DNA from: Saccostrea echinata
Taxonomy: Eukaryota
Reading direction: 5' to 3'
Length of the DNA stretch: 64,000 nt
Assembly (NCBI RefSeq): GCF_033153115.1
Contig: NW_026889778.1
Coordinates: 25,730,001-25,794,000 of the forward strand
The position numbers were made by a program, and so were the translations under genes. Below are positions 1 through 10,630 of the stretch, piece by piece. The notes under the pieces were generated by a model, which was not told where the DNA came from, searched no databases, and saw nothing but the letters and a program-made list of their open reading frames with translations. Numbering within the stretch: the first letter of the stretch is position 1; each line of letters begins with the position of its first letter.

Positions 1-530
1 TTTATATTTATTTGCAGGGATAGCATGTAGTCTCGATTATGGAGTGCAGATTCATGTTTGTTCAAGTCCTGGTCCCAGGATATAGAATGGGCCACAATAA
101 GAAATCATAGTTTTACTTGGGAATGTACAGGAAATAAGAAAAACTTTCAAAAGAAGAACAATTAAGGCTAACATAATGATACTGATATGCAAATATTGCA
201 AAGTGGTTTGGATTCATTTTAATTCTAAATTATCATTCCTTGGGTTAAGCTGATTTTAAAATTGGGGATTAAATTTTGCATGTATTCAGGAAAAAAGCTT
301 CTAAAAAATCTTCTCCAAAACAGCAAAACCATGTTTGTCATTTTGTTATTAAAACATTGGCATGTAGTGTGGATTCAGGAGCGTCTAAATCAAAACCTAT
401 TGAACATTGGGTTTGGCCACAATATCGTTTTAAATTTTTCATGGGAATGAAGATCGAGGGAAGAATTTTCTGATAAAAAAACACCAGGGTAGAGTTGACA
501 GGCTATTGTTGTGCTCCATGGGCCTCTTGA
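1..530 (+). mobile_element. 3' part of a non-autonomous Helentron-type element with degenerate satellite-like units
   Basis: Recurrent degenerate units (…gggccacaat…, …ggattca…, aaaaatcttctc), ending in ccatgggcctcttg at ~516-529. This resembles the 3' terminus of bivalve Helentron-associated elements. Recognised from memory, not by search. Confidence 0.55.
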
Positions 531-737
531 TCAACATCCCCTTAGAAGGGTGACATTTAAAACACTTTAGATTCGTCTATAGAACATTGACATGCCTCAT
601 TCTTTATTAGATTAAGACTGTCATGACAAAAAAGCAGTGCTCGCTATACACTCTTGCTAAAGTTCTTGTACTTTGAAGGAAAACTTTGTACCTGTAACAG
701 AAAAAAAGGTACTGTTATAACTGGCATTGTTGAAAAT

Positions 738-3700
738 ATATGTAAGCTCTTTAAGTGTAAAAGTTTTAAGTTTAAAAATTATCTTTGCTAATATTGGTTT
801 TGATTTTATTTCAAGAATTCTCATTCACAAAAAGGAGAGCTTTCAGAGCTCATATTCTAAAGTTTCTTGGACTGAAATAAATTGCAATTGCCATGAAAAT
901 GCATCGAAGAAACTACTGTTGATTTTCCTTTTGATATGTATATGTTCTCGTGAAATATTTTTAATTACTAAAATTTGTAATAGGTGATTTCAAAGATCTT
1001 CATTTGTCTGTTTATTTCCTCTTTCCTCATGAATACAAGTCACATTCTCTATTGGAAATAGTTGATCTAAATTAAAATAGACAAAGCAAGTATATTTGAC
1101 TTCACACTAAAATCAAAGTAATGATTTTAAGTATTTGCCATATATAAGGATTAAATAAAAACAGATTTGCTGCAGATGTCCACTTACATCCACCTTAAGT
1201 AATTGTGCAAAAATCTCTAAAAATTCAGGAGATATATTATTTAACCCGAATCGGTAATACTAGTAATTGAGATTGTCCAGCAAATGAATATAACCATTTA
1301 TGGCCCTGTTGTTATTGAGAAAAATTTTGGAAGATTTTCTCTCCCTTATAAACAATCTCTGATCAAAGAAAGACTTGATGTATTTTACTTGTATATGGCG
1401 TGGATGATGGACATGCATTAAGATGTGATTTAGTAATGAGCGATGCTTGATTTACTCATATTTTTATTATATTTTGTTATTGGAATTCTCAATAAATGAT
1501 TTTGTTTTCCGGAACCCATAGATTCCTGTATATTATAAAAGAAAACTATTAATTTGAATCATTTGATCATTAAATCAATTTTAATAAATGTCTTTTTAAA
1601 AAGTTCAGTCGATCTTTAAAAAACGTTTTTGCCCACTTCCGACCGACTTGCTAAAAATAGCCCGACTCAAAACTATTTAAACCTCCACAAAGGATATTTT
1701 TTTCCCCTTTTTTTCTTTTCATTCCGGAATTTTCTCATTCCGTCATCAAGTATCTTTATTTTATTTAAAAATATATTTAGAAAATTCAGCATTAAAGTTG
1801 AAATTTTCTGAGAAAAAAAATTTCCCACCTACCTACGGACACATTATTTTTACCCTGAGTCAGGAGAGGGAAACAAATATTATTTTAAAGATGGCCTTAC
1901 ATGTAATCTTATTTTTGTTATGCATGCACACGGACATATCAAAACCAGACCTATGTTTATTCACACTCCAGATCTATAGATTTACTTCCTAAATCCTCTG
2001 TAAGTGCTTAAACGTATGTCCTAAGTGTTATTCATGACTTTGTTCCTTCCTTATCCTATACTATATGCTATATACTATAACAACGACAAAGGCAGAGCTG
2101 CAAATAAGACACATTGCAACTATATACTTACAAATATTCCATTTAACTTTATTACACATATTATATGTAAAAAAAAGCCTATGTAGACTTTCAGAAAAAA
2201 ATTAAAATACTGTAAACCAACGTTTATTCGCGTTTTGAGCCTCGTCATAGCGAATATTTCTCGCGGCGAACCGGTCCTTAAAGTCTCTCTTTCCATAAAC
2301 AACAGATACAAAAAAGGCTTGATCGCGAAAATTAATCGTCGTGAACTAGTTTACCCCCAGTAAATCGCGAAATAAAGTCGTCGCGAATAAAAGTTGGTTT
2401 ACAGTAATGATTTTCAGAATTGTATTCATACATTTATTTCCCAAAAATCATTTCAGCATAATGATCAAGGGAACTTTCTGATAAAAACAACTGTATGTAG
2501 AAATAAATATTATGTATGTTTATCATTAGGATTCACTTACTCATGCATAGACTAAGTATCTCGCGTTTTTCAAGTAATCATCTTCTGGAAAATAAAACTA
2601 GATATGTTTCATTAGTTTTAATACCAACAATTATGAAGCCAAAGAAAATTTTTGAGGAAAGACAAAAAATTTCAGACCTTTTCCCAGTTAGCAAAATCTA
2701 AACGTTTCCAAGGAAAATATGAAGTTCATATACTTTAAGAAACTTAACAGTCAATTTGTCTATTTTTACAACATTCCAAAATGATAAATTGAAATGCTTG
2801 AAGTCCTTTGCAGAACGCAAACAAAGCAGGATCTTAAATCGTAAACACATTGGCTGAATTTTCTATCTCTAAAACAAGAAAAACAAACATTTCAGTAATA
2901 TTTTTAGAACATTTTTAACGTTAATAATGTAATGATTGGTTTTTCTCCTCTCAAATAATTTTACAAGGATTTTTAAATTATCGAATTTCCCAGTCAATCA
3001 TAGTTTCTTTTCACATATGTTTTCAAAATCTTCTATATGATGATATTCGATTAGGTAGTACAAACTACCATTTGAAAATTTTTTGGGTAGAGCTTAAAAC
3101 TTTTTTCCCCACCTTACCACCTTTTAATTCCCCACATATAGTTTCTATTGATCCTAATTTAGTGCCTTGCTTTACTGCTAAACATTTAAAAACTTATTTT
3201 CAATAACTGGAAAAAATTTAAAGTATGTATAAATCAGGGAAGTTTCCATTATTTAAGACACAGCTAAAGGAATATTTAAATATATTATAATTTTAAAGAA
3301 ACAAAGAACCAATCTGAGATGAAAAGCTTGATTTTCTTTTCAAACATCGATCAAATACAAAAGAGTAAGTTGTTTTCACAAATAAAGTGACTACTTTTAG
3401 ATCTCTCAAGACCCACACCTGAATTATTTTGAAACATCTTAAATGTAATTTGCCACGCCCTAACACTAGAGCCATCTTGTCTATATTCAATGACTGATTC
3501 ATTTATGTTGTTTTAATAAAGTCGCATTCGAGATAATACAAAATAATACATAATTATGTGTTTATTTAATATCATGAGTATGACTGTGTTGCAAATAAAT
3601 AACTCACAAAGTGATGTTCGCTTTTTACTTTGTTTACATATGTTTGAAAACTTGTTCTTAAAATTAAACTACCCCTTTTCAGGAAATCAATACTTTTCTT

Positions 3701-4100
3701 TTTAGTGTTTTATCTCATTGCATTTGAAGATTGAAGCATGGCAGCAACAAAAGAGTCACTGTCAGAGCCTGTTATATATTTCTTACTGATATTTATTGCA
3801 TTTTGAGACCATACGCGCGTAAGGATGTTTCCTGAAAGCATGGTGGTTAAATTCAAGTACACATCAAACAATTCAATGAGATATGAATAAACCCACGTAC
3901 ATAAAATGCCTTTAAACATTGAGAAACAAACTTCATAATGCTGAAATACATGTGAGTTACCTCTATCTAGCAGACAGTCCGAAGAATGACAATACAACAA
4001 ATTAATATAACAGTAACACAGTAAAATAGAGATAATGAAAATACATTGGAATATACAGATTGTAAAAAAAAAACGTTAACGACTAGCAAATGACTACTCA
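738..4100. repeat. Duplicated intergenic block lying 3' of subfamily-A cGLR genes
   Basis: Near-identical sequence recurs at ~40408-43050, ~50560-53500 and ~60290-63200 (e.g. caaagcaagtatatttgacttc, cacactccagatct, ccctaacactagagccatcttgtc). Confidence 0.9.
2210..2404. mobile_element. MITE, TA target-site duplication (Tc1/mariner-type)
   Basis: TIRs ctgtaaaccaac-tttattcgcg / cgcgaataaaagttggtttacag, with TA on both sides (2208-9, 2405-6). Empty sites in paralogous blocks at ~51815 (ttaaaaTAataattttcagaa) and ~62376. Confidence 0.9.
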
Positions 4101-4114
4101 ATATTGTGGTTCGT

Positions 4115-4480
4115 ATTTATTGACTGGATTCGAGGATAATATGCGTTTTGTCAGACCCCAGAACCAAACTGTTTGCTTGAGGCCTAAAGGCAAACAGTTT
4201 GGTTCGAGGGGTCGACAATACGGATTTTGTCCGAGAACACAGTCAATAAATATTTTGTTTTACCTTTTACTTTTTTTTATATATATCTGTTGGCTTCAAT
4301 CATGCAAATTTTCTTTACCCGCACTGCGCTTTAAACTCGGTAAATTTCGTCATTGTCAAACACTAACGAATACAAAAAAGATTTAACATATCCCGCCCAC
4401 AGTGTGACGTAAGCAGTCCAATACCTCATCCTTACTCTGCGGTCTTACATGGATTTTTTGGACCGCTCAGTAAAACATTG
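4115..4480. mobile_element. Palindrome-containing non-autonomous DNA element
   Basis: ~137-bp imperfect palindrome at 4115-4251 (atttattgactg…aaactgtttgc/gcaaacagttt…cagtcaataaat). Second copy at ~53543-53880; not seen downstream of copies 4 or 5. Confidence 0.6.
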
Positions 4481-4592
4481 GAAATGTTGGACTTTTTGAA
4501 AGGATATATTTTTATACGAAGCACTATTTTAAGGTATAACAATAAACTTCATGAATCAGAAACAACAAAAATAAAGTTCATGAATCTGAAAG

Positions 4593-6632
4593 TTACACTC
4601 TATTCTCAGTTCTCTCGAAAAATGTATGCATTCTTAAAATTGTTGCCCTTTGAATTCTATGATGGGGATATTGTTGGAGTGAATATTGATAAGAATTAAA
4701 AGCATCAATGTAATCCCCGCAGATTTGTTGACAGATCCCCAGTATCTGCCAGGATATGTCTCTGTAGTATATAGGAACACGATATCCAACATCATGCAAT
4801 AATAGATATCGGAGATCCTGTAGAGATAGTTGTGACCTGTTTGTATCTCCCAGTCTGTAATGATTTAGTGCTGATAACATGTGTAGCATCACTAGAGGGG
4901 GGATATATAACACTGGCATCGGACTCATCTTCTGTTCTAGCATCAGTTCATCAAGGTATGTATAAGCACAGTATAACTTAATGTCAAACATAACAGCTTT
5001 TCTCATTTTATTACTCAGAGACACTCCACCCAATGCACGTCTGTACCTGTCTATTATGATAACATCATTATACAAAATGCAAGGAATAGTCATCTTTTTT
5101 TGTGCTTTTTGTAGATATCTCAGTGATTGGTGATATCTACCGATCCTATAGCAGTATAAACATAGGTACAGGATGTCTGATACATATCCTATTTTAGAAA
5201 CTAACCTAAGCAGGTTAAAAGATATGTGATTCAGATACGATAGATTTTTGTTTGAAAGGTTAGTAAATGTGCATAAATATTTCTGTAAAGAAAATACAGT
5301 ATTGCAAAATAAATCTGATGTCATGCTCTGTATAGCAACTTTCTGAAAAGGAGTCAGTGCTAATTTAAGTAACTTTTCGATTTCTCGAACATACAGTGTG
5401 AAGTCAGTCAAATCATCTAATAAAACAAACAACCTAGTTATTTCCGTAAAGAACCCGATATGCAAAAAATCACTGGAGATGATGCTTTTCTCATCTGTTT
5501 TAATTGACAGTGTTTTGTGGATGATGACTTGGCTAAGATAAGGTCTGAGAGAAGGACTCAGAAGGAGGCAAGGCATTCCCATGCCATACAAATCATATAA
5601 TTGACTAAACAAGTGTGATTGTGCAGAACCAGATACTTTCAACCTAAACATGTTGTTTTGAGGAATGAAAAAATTCGGACACTCAGCTATTCTCACCCAG
5701 TTAATTAATAATCTGAAACACTTCCAAAAACACAGAAGTATTGTGCGAGGTGTCCATAGCAATGAATTTTCATTTTGTATTGACCAGAATAAAATCGTTT
5801 TCATGAAATATGAACAAAGAATTGGATTGTTGCTTTTCGGATTGATCACCTCTTTCAGGAAAATCTTTAAGAGACCATAGCACAAAAACTGACAATGATT
5901 CATGGAGTATACAAGTCTCTGTTCTGCCATTGAAAATGAAATTCTCCATTCGCTGTTCTTATCAGAGCAAGACGGGAAACTACTAATTGGTACAACATGA
6001 CATCCTTTATCTAAAATATCAGATAAGATGCTTCTGTCAGGCCACTTCTTTTTCACACATCTTTGTATCCATGGAAATGCTATGGTCGGCCAGTGAGGAG
6101 AATGTAGACAAAATGCTATGTCCATTTCTTGAGTGTCGACTTCTAAAGTAGCACAAGGTCCATGTTCCACGGACGATGCTAGGTCATTCTTAATATACTG
6201 CAAACCATGCTTTCTGAATAAGGAACTAAGCAGATATAGTTCATTATTAACATGTAAACAGGAGGATCTCACGAGCTCATTATGCGACTGAGTTATAAGC
6301 TTTAGTCTTGTGAACCCGGGCGGCATCTCTTCTATGTCCATCAAAATCAACGTGTGTTGTGGCAGACGGTAGAAAATGGCCTGTGGGAGCTCACAAATCA
6401 CTTCATGGTCAGGAGGCCATATCATCCAATCGATATCTGACGTTTTAAGTCTAAATCCCTCACGAAAACTCCCACTCTTTATCATATCAGGTCCTTTAAT
6501 TCTAAACATTGACCTCGTCACCACCTCATCAATGTCCGCGATGTCTCTTCTGAACCTGACTTCTGTATGAGTTCCTACTTTTCGACACAATCCCACATAA
6601 ACAGCCTCTGACAAACGAGGGACTCTATCCAT
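4593..6632 (-). CDS. cGAS-like receptor (Mab-21/cGLR nucleotidyltransferase) with C-terminal TPR-like region; copy 1, subfamily A, intact, 679 aa
   Basis: Single ORF. NTase motif G54-S55…D66-I-D68 (SGSFREGFRLKTSDIDWM) and third Asp D171 (HGPCAT…EMDIAFCL). Mab-21 motifs [32 protein letters not shown]-like helices in the C-terminal half (SWQILGICQQICGDYIDAFNSYQYSL). Confidence 0.92.
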   Translation of the reverse strand: MDRVPRLSEAVYVGLCRKVGTHTEVRFRRDIADIDEVVTRSMFRIKGPDMIKSGSFREGFRLKTSDIDWMIWPPDHEVICELPQAIFYRLPQHTLILMDIEEMPPGFTRLKLITQSHNELVRSSCLHVNNELYLLSSLFRKHGLQYIKNDLASSVEHGPCATLEVDTQEMDIAFCLHSPHWPTIAFPWIQRCVKKKWPDRSILSDILDKGCHVVPISSFPSCSDKNSEWRISFSMAEQRLVYSMNHCQFLCYGLLKIFLKEVINPKSNNPILCSYFMKTILFWSIQNENSLLWTPRTILLCFWKCFRLLINWVRIAECPNFFIPQNNMFRLKVSGSAQSHLFSQLYDLYGMGMPCLLLSPSLRPYLSQVIIHKTLSIKTDEKSIISSDFLHIGFFTEITRLFVLLDDLTDFTLYVREIEKLLKLALTPFQKVAIQSMTSDLFCNTVFSLQKYLCTFTNLSNKNLSYLNHISFNLLRLVSKIGYVSDILYLCLYCYRIGRYHQSLRYLQKAQKKMTIPCILYNDVIIIDRYRRALGGVSLSNKMRKAVMFDIKLYCAYTYLDELMLEQKMSPMPVLYIPPLVMLHMLSALNHYRLGDTNRSQLSLQDLRYLLLHDVGYRVPIYYRDISWQILGICQQICGDYIDAFNSYQYSLQQYPHHRIQRATILRMHTFFERTENRV

Positions 6633-7526
6633 TTTGGTATGAATATTATACTTTACGACTTTTATAGACTTTCATCTTTTTCTGGAAATTCCTTACTGAA
6701 TTTTCTATGAATAATAGATATTTGCTATTTGTTATGCACAAAAAGAGAAACATATCACCCTTTACATCGCGGAGAAATATTCTTTATGTGCTTATGTATT
6801 TGCTTGACTAAATAAATAGTACTTAAAACAAGTACAACTTTATCAGAAATAATGTCCTCAACCCACTGGGGAATATCTCAAGTAAAGAGTAATACTCTTC
6901 TAAGAGTTGCATACCATATATAGCTCTAAGCTACAAGTGTCTGAACAGTGCGAACGTTAGATGTGCTCTTGTTTTGTAATGTTTATGCATGTAGAATGGA
7001 TATGTTAATAATCATTTATAAACAATGTCCTGACATATTTGAAAAAAAGACAAAACTTTCCAAAACATATGGACACATAATGGAAAGTTAATTCATATTT
7101 AATACTAGTAACCTCAGATTTTGTGCAAAATGTGTTACAAGTAATACAAATTAAGAATTATTCTATTACTTTGATGTTCATAAACGTGTCCTTAAAATTA
7201 ACATATAACAAATAAATTTTCCAATTTTCTACGATTCATGAAATGGATATGTATATCGTGCCCTATAGATGTCCGGAGCGGATGATGATAGACGGCGGAT
7301 TTATATATAAAATGAAAAAAAAGGTAGGCAAGGGGAAATTTATACAATTGACCTGAGGTTTAAATGATAGAAATGATGAGTATACTCTGGTCACGTAATA
7401 TTTTTTTATGTTATTAGAATTTGTATGATTAAAACTAAAATTCATTCATGATAATGTATCAATGAATTTTGATTTTATCTACTATGTAACTAGTGAACTT
7501 CCAATGACATAAAAGACCCAAACCCT

Positions 7527-7835
7527 CACGGTAGCTCCGGCGGCAGAGCACTTGCTCCGTGATCAGAAGGTCGTAGGTTCAAACCACGGTAGCGACTGAC
7601 TCAAGCCGATAAAAAATAGGTAGCAACTGTTCCTTCGCCAACCGCTCGGCATTTTGGAGTAAAGGTTGCGCGTCTTTTTGATGAGAGATTTTAGGAACCG
7701 AGGTTCCTTGTCACGGGAGGCGTTAACATGATGACGATCTCTTACTGCTCAATGACCCTGAGTGCCTAATATAGGTCTAAATTTGAAGCCCTTCACCAGT
7801 ATATGGTGACGTTCCTATATGAGTGAAAAATGATT
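7527..7835 (+). mobile_element. tRNA-derived SINE (degenerate)
   Basis: Pol III A-box-like gtagctccggcggcagagc (7531) and B-box ggttcaaacc (~7576), followed by a ~250-bp body ending in cccttcacc…ggtgacgt…tatgagtgaaaaa, as in an oyster SINE family. Confidence 0.75.
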
Positions 7836-8173
7836 CTTTTCTAAACTAATAAATTCAAGTGCTGACAGCAACATTACAGTCTTTAATTTCCTCAGCAGTA
7901 CAAATGAGCCCGAAACCTTTTATTTTTCGGTGTTCAACAAATTATAAATTTGAAGTAGCTCTGGCGAGATTTAGTGAGACTACAGCGAGACTATTAATGG
8001 ATCAAGTAAATTGTTCAAGGCAAGGAAGTGACAGCACTTGGTAAACAGAAAAGTTGTAATTATGTATTACGCTTCAATTTTCACCACCGCAAAATATCAT
8101 TTAACAAATGTATCCTGATGTCTATCTAGAATTCATTCTAAAAATCTGTAATTCCTCATGATTTTTTTGTTCT

Positions 8174-8175
<2 letters not shown>

Positions 8176-8211
<36 letters not shown>

Positions 8212-8298
8212 AATTATTTAGTAAACTCTCTTTTTGGACAAACGCGTTCAGGCGTATTAAAATGCAAAAAAAGAACACACACACACACACACACACAC
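8176..8298. repeat. Poly-T tract and (CA)n microsatellite
   Basis: Directly visible. Confidence 0.9.
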
Positions 8299-9144
8299 AA
8301 ACCCACCAACAACAAACTATGTTGGCCATTTAAAGTTGAAATATAATAGATGCCTGTGGTGCAGAGTTGTACATGTACTTGCTCTCCTTATCATTAAAGT
8401 GATGGCGTTACTGAACCTGGCACAGACCTACAATTATGTTTATTGTATCATTTTTTTCATTTCTATAGTCAAAAAAAGCATCAGAAAACAACTATATCAT
8501 CACAAACGCACTTATATCAAGTTATGAAGTCTTATGAAGGTTTTGTAATTGTTAATTCAGTATACACCGAAAAACAAACTTCTTTGTGAAAGTATGGGAC
8601 ATCTTCATATCATTGTGTTCTTTTTAAACATCAGCAACGAAAATTATTATATAAATACTGCATGTAGTTGAGGGTAGCATTGAAAATTTTCACCACAAGA
8701 AAATCATTGTCAACCGCAGCCCCGGTTGACGATGGATGGAAATGTTCAATGTTATATTATGTTATACTGAATGCTTTGTACAAATACAAAGAAAGGTGAA
8801 GCGCGCGCGCATAGATTCTGTGCAGTCACTGTTTTTTTTAGTACTAGTATCACCAGTTGTCAAGCATTGTTCACTGTTCCTAACTTTTCTCGCGCTTGAG
8901 GGCGTGGTTTTATCAATCAGAGGGTAACGGTGTTTTTTAACAAATGTTTCTCGACGAATCAAATTCAAGTAATTTACAAGAAAGTATAATATTCTAAAAT
9001 GATTTTTTGTAATCCAATTAATATCCCATCTAGATTTATTTGTTTTCAATAAAATTTTAACATGTAGTAGATATCTTACTTTGCAATTTATTCACGGATT
9101 GGACAAATGTTTATGGTATACTAACAAATATATGCTATACTTAT

Positions 9145-9475
9145 CTATAGTTTACTATGGTTAACTATAGAAAATACTTTGATTCACTATGAAACTTGAC
9201 TCCTATTTTTTTTTTTAAAGATTTAGAGCCTAAATTCGTCTAAATTCTAGATTCTGAAATTACATATAAATGTTTAAAATTTGGAAATAAATATGTGAAT
9301 ATACAAGTAATAATCCTTTTTATATAAGAAAATTGCATGTAGGAATTGAAGAGAATGAAATACAACAATTTAAAATTCATACTAAAAACACTTTGATTCA
9401 TTTTAGTAAAATACTTTGATTTGCTATAGCGAAAACGTTGATACTATAGTAAGCTATAGTTCACTATGATAGGGA
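9145..9475. mobile_element. Small element with actatag subrepeats (inverted copy of 33390-33687)
   Basis: aaatactttgattcactatgaaact here is the reverse complement of agtttcatagtgaatcaaagtattt at ~33610. Confidence 0.65.
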
Positions 9476-9579
9476 TGAACAACTGTGTGCAATAATAACA
9501 ATATTGTTTTGAACATATTTTATCGACAATATGTCATAGGGATTGGACACAAGTTTCAAAAACATAGATAGTCCTCTCC

Positions 9580-9611
<32 letters not shown>

Positions 9612-10630
9612 GAAATAATGATGACTATCCTCCTTATATCCGAATAAAAGAAACGTAAATTTTGGATAAAGTATCTCTAGACACTGAAAATTTAAGTTTC
9701 TTGAGAAGTCCAAGTTTTTTGTAGCCTTTACTGACAATACTATCAATGTAATCAGTCCAGTCTAACTTAGATGAGAAAATAACACCAAGATGTTTATATT
9801 GTGTTACATATTCTTGTTGACAGTTCCCCCCCCCCCCAAAAAAAAAAAATGCAGGTAATTGATTTGTATTTTTTTAAGTTGAAAAACACAACTTTTGTTT
9901 TACTTGGATTAAATTTTAATAGCCATTTTAGGAGCACTCATCCAGAATTTTTAAATCATGGTTTAGGTTATGTTCAATAAGGCGCACCTCACTTGAGCTT
10001 TCTTGCAAAGAGTTATCGTCTGCAAATAGTCTGCAAACAGATATAATATTTTCGGCAACATCATTGACGTATATTTGAAATAAAAGAGAACCTACGACAG
10101 AGCCCTGGGGTACCCCAGCAAGCACGTTTTTTACGGAAGAAAATAAATTCTTATACATGACTTTTTGTTTCCTATTGATAAAGTAACTTTCCAACCATTC
10201 TAACATATTACCTGAGATACCATACATTTTCAATTTATAAATCAATCCCCTATGCCAAACTCTATCAAAAGCTTTAGATAAATCGTAAAAAAACATACAA
10301 CAATGTTTCCCTTCATCAATGCTTTTTACAATAGTATGATAAGTCTCTAAAAGTTGGTACATAGTTGAGTGACCAGGCAAAAAACCTGCTTGATATTTAT
10401 AGAACAAATTATTTGTATGAAAAAAAATATATATACATGTTTAAAAATAACTCTTTCAAATATTTTACTCACACAACTCAAAAGAAATACAGGGCTATAA
10501 TTTGAAGTCATTGATGGGTCATCTTTTTTAAATAAAGGTAGCACATGTGCTAGTTTCCAACTTTCAGGATAAATTTTGAGTCTTAGGGATTTCTTAAATA
10601 ATAAACAAAGTTGCTTAGCTACTCAGCTAT
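9612..10630 (-). mobile_element. Degenerate CR1/L2-clade LINE reverse transcriptase fragment
   Basis: Motifs PLFKKDD…NYSPV.LLS, QAGFLPGHST, DLSKAFDRVWH, GVPQGSV.G.LLF, LFADD, split across frameshifted ORFs 10347-10544 and 9928-10407. An (ATT)n tract lies at 9581-9611. Confidence 0.9.

Noticed and set aside
3710-4386. Short ORFs repeated at 53112-53817
   Set aside because: They lie in duplicated flank or palindromic TE sequence, their lengths and ends are not conserved, and they have no recognisable motifs.
5665-6570. Plus-strand ORFs 5665-5880 and 6376-6570 (also 46298-46591, 46715-46930, 55372-55593)
   Set aside because: Antisense shadows of the cGLR CDSs; they recur only because the sense genes are duplicated.
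7527-7600. Possible tRNA gene
   Set aside because: A and B boxes are present but there is no clean cloverleaf, and the sequence continues into a SINE body.
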